From a virus, in IMG/VR virus record IMGVR_UViG_3300008117_000010, positions 32,001 through 96,000 of that record: DNA of 64,000 bases; one strand, given 5' to 3'. The notes under the pieces are model-generated. The model was not told the DNA's origin. It worked only from the letters and a program-made list of their open reading frames with translations, and searched no databases. Shown here one piece after another: positions 49,001 to 56,439 of the stretch; the stretch's first letter is position 1, and each line of letters begins with the position of its first letter. The translations under genes were made by a program, and so were the position numbers.

Positions 49001-49578
49001 CTGAAATTGATAGTCTAGAATTAAAAAAACTTGGACGAACAGCTACTCCAATGTCTCCTGAACTATATGCTAGAGGTAAACAAATAGCAGATATAATTGA
49101 TGAATCATTTGGTGAAGATCCAAATAGAGCAGGTTCTCATTATAGATATCGTAATTATGCTCAAGTTGCAAATTCAGATGCCATATTTGCAATATCACAA
49201 GGTTTTGGTGTAAGACCTAAGGATCCTAAAAAACGATATGCACCATTAGATAGAGGTACTTTATATGCAATTTACGGTGCTATTTATGATGGTAAACCAG
49301 TATATGTATATGATCAGATGGCAAGTGTTTGGCGTACATTTAATAGAGAAACAAAAAAATGGCAAGAAACAGGTATTCCAAAACTTACTCAAAATTTTGC
49401 TGGTGTCGGTTCAAGAAATTTAGAAGAAAATGGTAGACAAGCAATAATAGATGTACTAAAAAATACATTTGGTCAAAACGCTCCATCCTCAATAACTCCA
49501 TCAAAAATTTCAGTACCTTTAACATCATTAGAAATATACAATGCAATAATTAACGATATTAAATCCTGTGGAATATAA
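37033..49578 (+). CDS. Virion-packaged two-barrel DNA-dependent RNA polymerase with fused accessory domains
   Basis: 4181 aa with EADAQGY, PRIPVQGLNSM and catalytic GSDFDVDK (44464-44481), matching the DFDxD motif of crAss-like virion RNAP. Zincin HEAWH at 40003. Confidence 0.9.
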   Translation: MQLCNIDKSQRELLYRAIAAIINDAIQNKQPIDTKKIGNQIYDIVYKKSQDNAKALSYVLLVPKAIDQILSFNDNFKDYAVDNKFEFDELAKLVSSLNKSSEETILNDISTFLGKMSNKNSFEDAQKDLQNLQSEQAKNKNSKILVPSSYLAKPESLYTTTGQQGLREDINIPDPSMQFYYDIIKKLNTNYINEEGGVVYPNVKSGLFLSIISGVNIADNEMYTRDAGNRNEYNKNFFLALTDNLGKIMYFDTNYNVVERSAGKPIYFPLRTNLDSIVDKLNIGQSQLESLREAAKFINQDKVNNRVVNKITFKSDGYLSTSNSLPKVDIASIKNNNILTFVTVPGSNQLYVSSKGEYHFTVDVSFKDFTTVRANLIADLILNPVYKDGKLLSNNDKYNILSNWLFQREMKFGQKNKKFYVTLNGQSLNLEDKEDSKEKIVNFLTRKIKTDKTEYQNKFTWQSRLLENNETISLFSLSVEDGKYIYTDNPVSYQEYLKQITFAKIQTVDGEIFPMNGYIGYELGNRISKPKPVETKVEIKKQTPVTLDTNEYNRAVKEADSKKPIEQNFFDGYRPNSDKTKIHTIRPEITSIYGKGVKTLKLVQEGIRTRSTRLANWMKENNPKVGDYFWQINKKNPSEKVLTRITAVYDKTDPRFKNNWFKEGWVDSDFKYVEDYAGAIEFEVIKSVVAIGVQPQVTTEEKFDLIPTRPISEIEKEIESFESEIRYAAGQLEQLQTKMELVEDEETIESFILSQFTPVNPESARKETGTNIGTKQDINPALLNKRGPSVERLAEEIGSLARGVPYHFRAEDDYIRDQIIEILVKGKAKYKEELQGGNLQDIKYYEERINDISKKLDELNVELENAKLAPPVSTPQETVQIESIEESIVNESETKEEDIDLGEIDPNDLKNLLEKRILQKESEVKATNEKIKKALPWYNSIKTKSGKKLSSFLPIKEMFDAVNTSNPNAVAHWSMSGITLFNGSDYSDLYHEAWHAFTQQFLTTEERNNLYNAVRGKSGTFEDYNGNIVEFSLASKKQIEEFLAEEFREFMLRDGKGMYEKKSIFSKIFNKIRELLLWLFDRTTYYDVYNNSKATRNISRLFNELRIGELAEPVNEVDPDFAIKGLDRVIKVKDSSDTFTIEESKTISDTIDSLFSEYSDKVNNATKVKSASIQLQISPTFQLNAYKYAKNRLIQRKNELVQKVKTKLSEKKIDDLNTEELNLFRKDIKNINLLKKAIKAFIIPENLNNVKSAKEIDGIISSHQQLSEYLKDIVQLEEEYNILNNNVIADRAGNANSFEQLTDPKLLYTFGGVFERDEKGEIIKNSLGFNKTMAPKRVFNKLSNILETNDNEKRPNNITALYKKMESLQKTDPFIKDILNKLGSPYTTNTNVNSLWSALEVLILPVAHVMRAEIVKGDNNSISAVFVTNASLETESAIRSFANYTAVLDSSDPNNFLFENADGVNIIDLRSIFVPTEGRPKNYGNSKAAQENPLEFLRAIGIYLPNDPNVIKELMTEEAQEYINRLYNAALEIKNYNYSKGTKESDKIEVFSIKEILKDYSKDPKYKNVKKLPKGQSVAKKFFTKLYLKYSDQSNNLSITTVDDKTVFQRSLPNTLMMKAQIINSADSFNNLVSIPETEDLAKEINGKTKNPWSKASQLLNKVLFDEKGNKREGARIDIASLDGLKIRLDEVDLAAIKSSDSDPYSKQLLDIIFTLEYGVSEATRHAGKSSTFLFEITRSDGSKHYINLEKFTRNISKGENIFNSGIVDAVNIFVNYLASEYERIQLATNDPENKNIRTGNGKSMAEVGSEFLLFKDIIPKSILDNIKSIEGVETYEDFLQHLDNNVSLRDSIKKNIYNYLNNVVKQELNDFNKLNVKKEFNDILHKKMKSASQRALKGGKITKETELNYNQLRNSAITAYTINSLIHNIETGLLFYGDPAIFNNNKQDYQKRNSGAGSTGIVTRTDDAYLQFINSKGGLGKVKNEQRNFDGTLNTVVLNDPKTTAKLYNEYIKAAKNKESERLKKLKKSQKEIDIALKKIEEKFSEAYENMKEADAQGYISFSAYRALSWGMNKWTLAQELGYQKIMNGEKIDNADILYPVRKYQYWGSLQTKGLPATAFHKFSLLPLIPTLTENAPHLNALRMKMENEGIDYLTFETGSKAGTIAIDNKLDNLYKGDSSDRILDLPVEFTKNVVFAKFLKEQLSIAPQFKETVTFSTQLRKLVIEGLWEEGEPVGKNEEEKNNVKQKTAAYINAVNNLTELLFIELKDKAGINPETNKVENKVKLIDYLTNALENKDTPYHIIEQIASLKTRLQTGISFDYLIQASDIEKLITGLVYKKVINQKVYGEGLIQVSTAGWAVKKDDNLKFYRTENGVVKPMQVKIAMQGEFLNLLQHPDVLDIVSAEENITELQALNRLLKDEAWVNKNREMITLMGPRIPVQGLNSMEVMEIAEFLPRNYGNVIVVPSEIVGKAGSDFDVDKLSIVFPGIKVYNGVPQVVNFNKNLFKQTTRSQLIKEKVRLEKLVDVTYETRRGLYEMIKDDAIFTDEQRVALERLYAEHKEQMAEVNIRIKELEAQWEETGGAEVLLKGTIPDDYSLQNTLLNTYAERARIRKQFQNNRYLYKSTFIDEDFKNDLEAIENKIDDVTKQIDSISIAAAEYDVLKSTIDILLLPQNFVSLITPNTTIDAKGLSKEMRKRVDFGYSTEDNFLKENKGFSPTRIYEPKYNREKLDYNKVGKDSLGIGAVDNTFNVLLNYVGAYLNNDVAITKDYSRRIVIRGLKHNKYKDTENISLSKIYDANNEFKISDIISQFINGWVDVEKDEWIFFIQGNKELSSTLLFMIQAGIPLNDAVVFLNQPIIRDYYNRVRLALSPASEILEEGKKDKYVRNKVFDDLMYNNDIYRNIYDGEKEKTKKSFSKAGRFYAISTIAEKYKFNKESLESKLSNPIGTYSQDDYAILGHFFELRENANSLTNIKMALNFDTKRETSIDEVKEKLNKRGQIYGSILPKEIINKLLNESPISSFNIQKDIVAMMEALFPVRMSDVVEDAINDTDETVWKNIGENLNFDDRTKIVDAKNAFRNALIPYLFQESYYSLNEEEYRGYKIKYTSDYADRVVVISPTEPDVILINQTAVDNLITSTNNNSKKLYMPEFMLTAYGVASLPVNTFKNINENIGLRKYLIEREIQRTLDENSFEKISKSLLYKTYKNKLKIEDVNNPYLSVNNQLTSLTSQLNISKEEAYNLLAYELVLRDKSLNNLNFPGWLFYDTKNEQTSYGSQLNYIKRKYNFLEREFSVLDALEVRRNKNTNEVNIKLKDTRITGSEKNIFQSQINMLSDPQKLLEIKSSLSEADINEITSFFKRFHVFAYLQSAANSTSSTYNLLPIANPMVIENLIAQPIQDFASFEYDQFSENNEEVTNYIIERDNKIETVETAIKNYNNILSAQFKTNHVTLIKQRFEWNADTLSLQEQQAAEEDNLKLLKAQNPLGLVEVPTKAEKNIIKNKGKKTVFSLITNSLGQAYLYESEAKGLDAVVIENLDTLKDDYLFIGNTGTETFTDGTISKVDDGKLLQSQAFLGVPSRKIKGDLTDETLEENKKLIDDAIQNILNRRSNKLLVFNKNGYGQNLIGRNPNNASELKGKVTAPKTFQYLSQKLAQHFGFVNPNSTLQSTVDESKVKTISTDYGVVQAETNPTKEFDQKLADAIYQDVKDNSYVENGSNTAQRMWANGLMWKGNNTKKPTGQVLKVQPAQVDYNANGKLTPVKTPYFYDSEYNDGTPVAPITNLDFLKKHIENTLGIDMSDYDVSLNNIYEEGHDLFRHTDIDESNTAKNYPVIVYVFGNNHKVRFDDNGGKRAMGKMVNPKTLTLKNGDIYAFGVNGKGRFETVHDVVASPKTNDNFPELIGSDGKPTKKYTVTFTFRRAADLEPGMPKTPANFNTTNTNTTVTVNKPSEYTNHSGGAKGADTAWDVEAKKLGYLTNDVHWREPGKTEIDSLELKKLGRTATPMSPELYARGKQIADIIDESFGEDPNRAGSHYRYRNYAQVANSDAIFAISQGFGVRPKDPKKRYAPLDRGTLYAIYGAIYDGKPVYVYDQMASVWRTFNRETKKWQETGIPKLTQNFAGVGSRNLEENGRQAIIDVLKNTFGQNAPSSITPSKISVPLTSLEIYNAIINDIKSCGI

Positions 49579-52500
49579 TGGCAACATGTGTAATAAATAC
49601 TCCTGAATTTGAAGCAATAGAAAAAGTAACTAATAGTGCTACCGCATGGAAAGAATTTGCTAGATCAAAAATTACTGGAGAAGCAATGCGCTCTCCAGAA
49701 ACAGTGCTAGAAGAATCATGGTATAGAGGACAATTTCTAAATAAAAAACCAGGTGAACCATGGATAGATAGAATGGATGGTTTTCAACAACAAATGAATT
49801 CATGGCCTGAGTATAATCTTTTAGCTAATCCAATTAAATATGATTTTAAAGGTCATAATGATGCAGTTAGTCTTTCTGCTATAAGACAATTAGCAGATAG
49901 GCTAAAAGAAAAAACTGGAATTAATTATGAAATTATTTCACAAGAACAAGCAATTGAGTTAACAAAGCATTTAGATATTAAACAACAATATGTTACTGGT
50001 AAGCCAGCATTTTATTTAGGAGGTGTAGCTTATTTAGTTAGTGATTTTGTTTCTGCAACTAATGTGCTACACGAATTTGCACACCCTATTATTAAAGCAA
50101 TTGCTGTAGATAATCCAAAACTATTCAATAATCTTTATACACAGATACAAAATCAATATCCTGATATAATAGAATACCTTAAGAGTGAATATGATTATCT
50201 AGATATTAATTCAAGTGAATTTAAAGAAGAAGCAATTGTTACTGCACTTGATTTATTTCATAGCATAAAACAAGAAAATCCTAAAGCAAAAGGTCCATTT
50301 ATAGATTTATTAAATGATATACTTTATGCTATAAGAAAATTTTTAAGAAAGATTACTAATAATAAAGTAAAGGTTGAAAATATAAATGAGTTCTCAACTT
50401 TAGAAGACCTAGCTAATCTAATGACTGATGATACTACATTTGAGTTAGATGATCAAATAATTACTAATAGTGACTTTGCAGCATATGCTTCGACATATAA
50501 TGATTATTTAAATGAATTGAGAAAAGCTGCTAGTCCTGCGGATATACAGGGGGCATTACTTAATACATATGATATTGTAATTGAGCAATTAAAAGCATTA
50601 GAAAATAATCCTAATTATCGTTTTGCAGCTGAAATATTAAAAGATAAATATGGTGAATTAGAAGTTCAAAATATTGTTAAAAATATTAATCGTGTTAAAG
50701 ATGATGCAAAAGCTTTAAAAGATCAGGCTAAAATGGATAGAGCTCGTGCTAGTGAGTTTCTTAAATCTATTTTACTATTAGAAGAAATGATTAAAAAAAC
50801 TAATGCTAGTTTAAGAACACTCGAAAAAGAAGCAAAAGAAAACGAAAATAATAATAGAGATAACCGAGATGTTCTTCAGAATGTTTATTATCTCAATAAT
50901 CTTTTAAACGGTTGGAATGAATTAATAAACGAATATATAAATACACTTGAAGAGAATAATGTAGATATAGAAAATGATTTCTATAAAATGCTTAGTGCAA
51001 TAAAAAGAAAAATAGAAAACACACAATCAATTGCAAATAACATATACACATATAAAATTACCGATGTTTTAAGTGCTGAAATTCAACCATTGATGGAAGC
51101 TATTGACATGCGTTATGAAGCTCTATTAAAATTTTATAAAGATCGTAATGCGCCACAATGGAAAATAGCAGATGTAGAAAAAGAATATGCAGAAATAAAA
51201 CTTAATCCTGGAAAAATCCAGGAAATGCTAAAAGGAGATTTAGGAGATGCACATTTCTTGAATTCATTTTTAGAAGGTTATATGAATAACCAAGATCCGG
51301 TTGTATTTGCATTTGCTTCTTATGTTAAAAATGGATTGAATGATCTTAATTCTAATTCATTAGAAAAAATGAATAAGTTTCTAGTTGAGCTAGAACCATT
51401 ATTACAAGCAGCTGGATTTAATCGTAACAGATTATCTGATTTAGGTGAGCGTTTAACTCAAATAGATTCAACACCATATAGAGAAAGAAAAGAATTAAAA
51501 TTTAAAAAGGTATATAAGTTCATTAATCCTTGGAAAGGTCAAGATGAAGCAATTGCAAAAATGAACGAGGCAATTAATAATGCTCGTAACGTAGCAAGAG
51601 AGTCAGGTGATTACACAGAAGTTCAAAGATTAATGCAAGAGAAAGAAGACTTTCAGCGTAAGTATTTTTATACAGAGTACACTCAAAAATATTACGATAG
51701 ATATAACATCTTAAATAAAGACGAGTTAGGTAGAGAAGCAAAAGATTTATTAACTACAATTGATTTTAAAATAAAAGAATTACAAAACTCTATTCTTTCA
51801 CCAACTCAAGATATTGTTGGACTAGATGAACTTGATGCATTACAGCGTGAGAGAAAATATCTTTTTTCTCTTACTGATGAGAATGGTAAACTAAAGTCAG
51901 GTAGAGATCTTGAAATTGCAAAGCGTTTACAAGAGTATAATGCTTCTGCAAAAGATATGTTTACTAAAATAACTTTTCCAGGATTATTTGAACAAGCATA
52001 TCGTGAAGCAGAAAACTATTTTATCGATCAAGGATATGAAAGAGGTACGCCTGCCTATGAGCAGTTAATGAACGAATGGTTAAAAAAGAATTCTAAAATA
52101 GAATTAAGTTCTGATTTCTATGTAATGCGTGCTAATTTATACGCTGAGATTCAAGAACTTGAAGAACAATATAGAGACCTCGTATCTCAACTTGGATACG
52201 ATCAAGGAATAGCGAGAACAGAAGAAGAAATGCTAGATCTATATAAAGAATTAAATGATATTCTATATAGACATAGAGATGAAAGTGGTCAACCACAGGG
52301 ATCACTAATGAATAAAGAAACACTTGAAAGAGTTTTCTTTTTAGAAAGTGAAATTGAACGTATAAAAACTGAAGCTCCAAGTTTTAATAATCTTACACGA
52401 GATGAAAATTCTTGGTTAAGAGATTACTTTGATCGTATTAAAGCTGGTGAAGAAATATCAGATGAAGATAAAGCTAGAGCAAGAGAGTTAAATAAAAAGA

Positions 52501-55256
52501 AAGTATCATTAAAAGGTAAAAAGTATAATCGTCTTTCTGATGATAAAAAACTAATTGCAGATCAAGCTGAAGAAATTAAAAATTTAATATACTCAAAGTT
52601 TGATGAGCTTCGCGACATGCAAACTAATGTTCCAACAGAAGATTATCTAGATATTATTAATAATCTTACTGCTGGATTACCAGATGATGTTAGAGAAACT
52701 CTTGAAGATCTAACACTTCATAAAGAAATAACTGAAGATATTGCTAATGAACTATTAGAATCCGGTTATGATCTAATAAATACAATGAGAAACGCATCTC
52801 CAGAATTTAAAGAATGGTTTGATGCTAATCACTACTTAAAAGAATATTATGACATAACCTCTGAAACACAAGTTAAGTACTATGTTCGTTCAAAAGCATG
52901 GAATAGAATTGTTCCTACACAATCTAATTTTATAAATAGTACTACAATCACAAATAGTTTAGGTGAAGAAGTAGTTATACCAAGAGTTCCAAATAGAAAG
53001 TATATTACTTATAAGCTTAAAGATAAACCAGAAGATGGTTATGTAACACCAAAGATTTCTATTCTAGATGCTATTAGAATGGGAGATATTACTAAAGCAA
53101 ATTGGGATGGAGATAATTGGTTACCAAAACTTGATGCAGTAGATCCTGAAACAGGAGAACTACTTACTGACTTTGTATCAAATGAATTTTTTCTATTAAA
53201 ATCTACAAAGCCTGCGGAATATCAGCTTTTAATGAAGCTGCTTGAATTTCACTTTGCTAATCAGCAAGGACATAGTAGAGCTGATAGATTAGGATTTGAA
53301 ATTCCTAGATTTATAAGATCAAAGCTTGAAACATTACAACGTAGAAAAAATAGACCGATTAATCCTGATACTGGTGAACCAGTAAAAGATAATCCATTTT
53401 CTATTCTTGCAAACAAGATTAGAAGATTTTTCACTCGTTCTTCTGAAGACATGGAAGAAGGAATGAATCCTATGGATAATGCTAAAGTAATGATCTACAC
53501 CGAATCAATTGATGAAGACACATCAAAGATTAAAGTGCGTGGATTATATGATATGGAATTAGATGTAACATCATTAGATATTCTTACTAGTCTTACTCGA
53601 TATTCATATAGTCTTGACCGTAAAGCAAAGTTGGTTGAAATGAATCCTGTTGCAAGAACATTACAATCAATACTAAGTGATCCTAAAAATGCTGTTAAAG
53701 ATTTAAATAAATATGATAAACGTAAGTTTAAAAATCAAAACGTATTAGTTAATCTTCCAAAAAAAGGAAGATACGTTAGAAAATATGCTATTGATAATTT
53801 TATAGAAAGAGAGTTTGAAAGTATTGTTCAAACTGGATGGGGATCTGAAAACGCATTTCTACAATCATTATCAAATTCAATGATGAAGTTTTCTGCATTA
53901 GGTTACTTTGCATTAAACATTCAGTCAGCAATTAAAAACTCAATGGGTGCTCGAATGCAAGCACTAATAGAAGGTGCTGCAGGTAAGTATTATAATAATA
54001 GGGATTATGCAAAAGGTACATATTGGGCAAATAAAACAATGGCAGAAGTGTCATTTCAAATTTATAAATATGGACCTAAGAGTTTGAATATTCAGATTAC
54101 AGAATTATTTGATCCTGTTCAAGGTAGATTTGAAGAAAAACTTTGGTCAGGAGAAAAAATAATGCGTACCGGTCTTAGCGATGTTGCAAATAATCCACTT
54201 GGATTATTAACTAACACTCGTAAGTGGACCGAATTAAATGCACAGTATAGCATATTTGCTGCAATGATGTACTCACAAAAAGTAGATCAAACAATTAATG
54301 GAGTTACAAAACAGATATCATACATAGATGCATTTGAAATTAAAGATGGTACAATAGTTCTAAAAGAAGGGATTGATAAAGAATGGGGTGCTGGCGGTAA
54401 GAAGTTTAAGATGATGAAGAATAGAATCCATGCAGTATCTAATGATTTGAATGGAGCCTTTGCTAAGTTTGATTATGCAGAAGCAGATAGATATTTCTTA
54501 TTTAGACAATTAATGTTCTTAAGAAGATGGTTCACGCGAATGCTTATGAATCGTTTTCAGGCTTCAGGTTCATTGAATCCAAGATCATGGAGACCAAGAT
54601 ATGATGTTGGTCGTAATGATATTTACATGGGTTATTATACTGAAGCTATTAAATTCTTATTAGTAGATTTACTTGGTACTGGTGGCAAAGCATTTAACAT
54701 GATGACTCCAGAACAGAAAGCAGCATTTAAAAGAATTGGTATGGATGTGGCTATTATAATATTATTTAGTCTACTTATATCTATGGTGTTTGGATTTAAT
54801 GAAGATGATGAAGACAAATATGAAAAACTTCGTGAAAGAAGTGGACCTTTCCCAATATTTTTTACAGCCGATTCTGAACATCCATTTAATTTTGGAGGAT
54901 GGGTAGCTAATAATGCTTTAATTACTATGATGGGTATTAGACAAGAGCAATTACAATGGATACCTATTCCTGGAATTGGACTTTCAAGTTATATGGAATG
55001 GCTTGAATTACAACCACTTGCAATGAGAAATACAATTATCAATATGGCTAAAACAAGTAACCAACTTGTCAATCTAATGACAGGAGATGATAGTGCTTTT
55101 TATGTGAGGAGTGTTGGTCCTTACGCTTGGCAACAGGAAGGTGCACCAAAGATCTTAAATAGCCTAGCTAAATTTATTGGTCTTACCGGATCTCAAACCG
55201 ATGCAGTTAAAGCTACTAAAGATTTTGTTGCTATTCAGAACTTAAAAGGTAACTAA
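49578..55256 (+). CDS. Large virion/ejection protein with N-terminal zincin-like motif and C-terminal transmembrane helix
   Basis: 1892 aa with VLHEFAH (50070), a long helical body and TM segment IGMDVAIIILFSLLISMVFGF (~54734-54796). Coupled by TAATG. Confidence 0.65.
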   Translation: MATCVINTPEFEAIEKVTNSATAWKEFARSKITGEAMRSPETVLEESWYRGQFLNKKPGEPWIDRMDGFQQQMNSWPEYNLLANPIKYDFKGHNDAVSLSAIRQLADRLKEKTGINYEIISQEQAIELTKHLDIKQQYVTGKPAFYLGGVAYLVSDFVSATNVLHEFAHPIIKAIAVDNPKLFNNLYTQIQNQYPDIIEYLKSEYDYLDINSSEFKEEAIVTALDLFHSIKQENPKAKGPFIDLLNDILYAIRKFLRKITNNKVKVENINEFSTLEDLANLMTDDTTFELDDQIITNSDFAAYASTYNDYLNELRKAASPADIQGALLNTYDIVIEQLKALENNPNYRFAAEILKDKYGELEVQNIVKNINRVKDDAKALKDQAKMDRARASEFLKSILLLEEMIKKTNASLRTLEKEAKENENNNRDNRDVLQNVYYLNNLLNGWNELINEYINTLEENNVDIENDFYKMLSAIKRKIENTQSIANNIYTYKITDVLSAEIQPLMEAIDMRYEALLKFYKDRNAPQWKIADVEKEYAEIKLNPGKIQEMLKGDLGDAHFLNSFLEGYMNNQDPVVFAFASYVKNGLNDLNSNSLEKMNKFLVELEPLLQAAGFNRNRLSDLGERLTQIDSTPYRERKELKFKKVYKFINPWKGQDEAIAKMNEAINNARNVARESGDYTEVQRLMQEKEDFQRKYFYTEYTQKYYDRYNILNKDELGREAKDLLTTIDFKIKELQNSILSPTQDIVGLDELDALQRERKYLFSLTDENGKLKSGRDLEIAKRLQEYNASAKDMFTKITFPGLFEQAYREAENYFIDQGYERGTPAYEQLMNEWLKKNSKIELSSDFYVMRANLYAEIQELEEQYRDLVSQLGYDQGIARTEEEMLDLYKELNDILYRHRDESGQPQGSLMNKETLERVFFLESEIERIKTEAPSFNNLTRDENSWLRDYFDRIKAGEEISDEDKARARELNKKKVSLKGKKYNRLSDDKKLIADQAEEIKNLIYSKFDELRDMQTNVPTEDYLDIINNLTAGLPDDVRETLEDLTLHKEITEDIANELLESGYDLINTMRNASPEFKEWFDANHYLKEYYDITSETQVKYYVRSKAWNRIVPTQSNFINSTTITNSLGEEVVIPRVPNRKYITYKLKDKPEDGYVTPKISILDAIRMGDITKANWDGDNWLPKLDAVDPETGELLTDFVSNEFFLLKSTKPAEYQLLMKLLEFHFANQQGHSRADRLGFEIPRFIRSKLETLQRRKNRPINPDTGEPVKDNPFSILANKIRRFFTRSSEDMEEGMNPMDNAKVMIYTESIDEDTSKIKVRGLYDMELDVTSLDILTSLTRYSYSLDRKAKLVEMNPVARTLQSILSDPKNAVKDLNKYDKRKFKNQNVLVNLPKKGRYVRKYAIDNFIEREFESIVQTGWGSENAFLQSLSNSMMKFSALGYFALNIQSAIKNSMGARMQALIEGAAGKYYNNRDYAKGTYWANKTMAEVSFQIYKYGPKSLNIQITELFDPVQGRFEEKLWSGEKIMRTGLSDVANNPLGLLTNTRKWTELNAQYSIFAAMMYSQKVDQTINGVTKQISYIDAFEIKDGTIVLKEGIDKEWGAGGKKFKMMKNRIHAVSNDLNGAFAKFDYAEADRYFLFRQLMFLRRWFTRMLMNRFQASGSLNPRSWRPRYDVGRNDIYMGYYTEAIKFLLVDLLGTGGKAFNMMTPEQKAAFKRIGMDVAIIILFSLLISMVFGFNEDDEDKYEKLRERSGPFPIFFTADSEHPFNFGGWVANNALITMMGIRQEQLQWIPIPGIGLSSYMEWLELQPLAMRNTIINMAKTSNQLVNLMTGDDSAFYVRSVGPYAWQQEGAPKILNSLAKFIGLTGSQTDAVKATKDFVAIQNLKGN

Positions 55257-55292
55257 TTATTTTGTATATTATTTTATATACAAAATAAAATA

Positions 55293-55433
55293 ATGGCAAA
55301 AACAAAAAAGCAATCTGAAAAGGTATTTATTCCAAAGCCAAAAGTTAAGAACCCTAACGTCCACTCCAAAAAAAAGACTTCAAAATTGAAGTCTAGTAAG
55401 AACTATGTAAAAGCTTACAGAGGACAAGGTTAA
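55293..55433 (+). CDS. Small Lys-rich protein ending KAYRGQG (46 aa), missing from the ORF track
   Basis: MAKTKKQSEKVFIPKPKVKNPNVHSKKKTSKLKSSKNYVKAYRGQG*. It has an A-rich leader and a promoter-like word at 55264. Confidence 0.8.
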   Translation: MAKTKKQSEKVFIPKPKVKNPNVHSKKKTSKLKSSKNYVKAYRGQG

Positions 55434-55436
55434 TAA

Positions 55437-56018
55437 CTATTTTTTATTAAGGCTCATAAAGAATTCATATTCTTCAGGATCAATATATTTCAATTGTTCG
55501 AGAAGCTCTGCTTCTTTACGATATGCTTCTGCTTTTTCTTCAGCAGTACTCTCTTTGCCTAGGTTAGCAAAGAGCATTACGCATTGCTTAAATATTTCAT
55601 CTTTAGTTAAAAACGCTGTCTCTTTAATTTCATAATGACTATCAAATATCTTTTGAATATTTGGTTTAAAGTAATTATGACTCTTTAATATTTTACCATC
55701 TTCTCTAAAAATTGGTAAGCCCTCATCATCTAACTTAGACATATTACTTGCATGTATCTCATTAAATACATCTTCAATAATATCTTGCATTCCGTGACGA
55801 AGAATAGTACCAAGTAATATATACAACTGATCACCTAATGAATCAGCAATTTCAATTAGATTTCCATCCTGACAGGCTTTTTTATATTCATCTAATTCTT
55901 CAAGTGCTAAATCATATCTTAATTGATAACCTTTACTTCCAATTAACTGTGGAGTATTGTTATTAATTATTTTAAAGGTATCATGAAATAACTGGACTTT
56001 ATTTATCGCTTCCTTCAT
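55437..56018 (-). CDS. MazG-like all-alpha NTP pyrophosphohydrolase (PRA-PH/DR2231-like)
   Basis: EELDEY...EIADSLGDQLY...EIHASNMSK...DGKILK. Confidence 0.85.
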   Translation of the reverse strand: MKEAINKVQLFHDTFKIINNNTPQLIGSKGYQLRYDLALEELDEYKKACQDGNLIEIADSLGDQLYILLGTILRHGMQDIIEDVFNEIHASNMSKLDDEGLPIFREDGKILKSHNYFKPNIQKIFDSHYEIKETAFLTKDEIFKQCVMLFANLGKESTAEEKAEAYRKEAELLEQLKYIDPEEYEFFMSLNKK

Positions 56019-56391
56019 TGGAATTATTTAATGTATTTGTAATATAATATTTATAAAAATCACAGCTAGAATCATAATATTTATACTTATCTACCGGAGT
56101 ATACATAGTTTCTAGGATTAGCATATATGCTACTACATCTCCAATCTTTTCTTGGATTGTTTCATAACTAGCTTCTTTTCCCTCAACTATATCTTTAATG
56201 GATTGTAAATGCTTTACACAATATTCCCAAAGTACTTTTTGTGGAGTATCATGAAAAGATAAACCAGTTGCAGTTTTAAAATTAATATGAACGTCATCTA
56301 TATTAGCATACTCACTATTTTTTCTAGAGAGTAATGATTTAATTTGACGCAAACGATTTCTAATAATGTTGTTAAAATCTTCTTGTTTCAT
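55999..56391 (-). CDS. DUF1599-like / nucleotide-modification-associated all-alpha protein
   Basis: KNSEYA...NFK...KH...EKIGDVVAYMLIL. Confidence 0.55.
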   Translation of the reverse strand: MKQEDFNNIIRNRLRQIKSLLSRKNSEYANIDDVHINFKTATGLSFHDTPQKVLWEYCVKHLQSIKDIVEGKEASYETIQEKIGDVVAYMLILETMYTPVDKYKYYDSSCDFYKYYITNTLNNSNEGSDK

Positions 56392-56395
56392 AGAA

Positions 56396-56433
56396 TAAAG
56401 TTAATAGTGGGGTGACGAATTGCCACCCCACTA
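56396..56433 (-). terminator. Stem-loop, probable terminator
   Basis: Minus strand reads TAGTGGGGTGGC-aattc-GTCACCCCACTA, then TTAACTTT. Confidence 0.7.
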
Positions 56434-56439
56434 ATATAA

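Noticed and set aside
3447-54817. Numerous 60-134 aa ORFs antisense or out-of-frame within the long + strand genes
   Set aside because: They are fully nested shadows of AT-rich coding sequence, with Phe/Leu/Ile/Ser-biased composition and no motifs.
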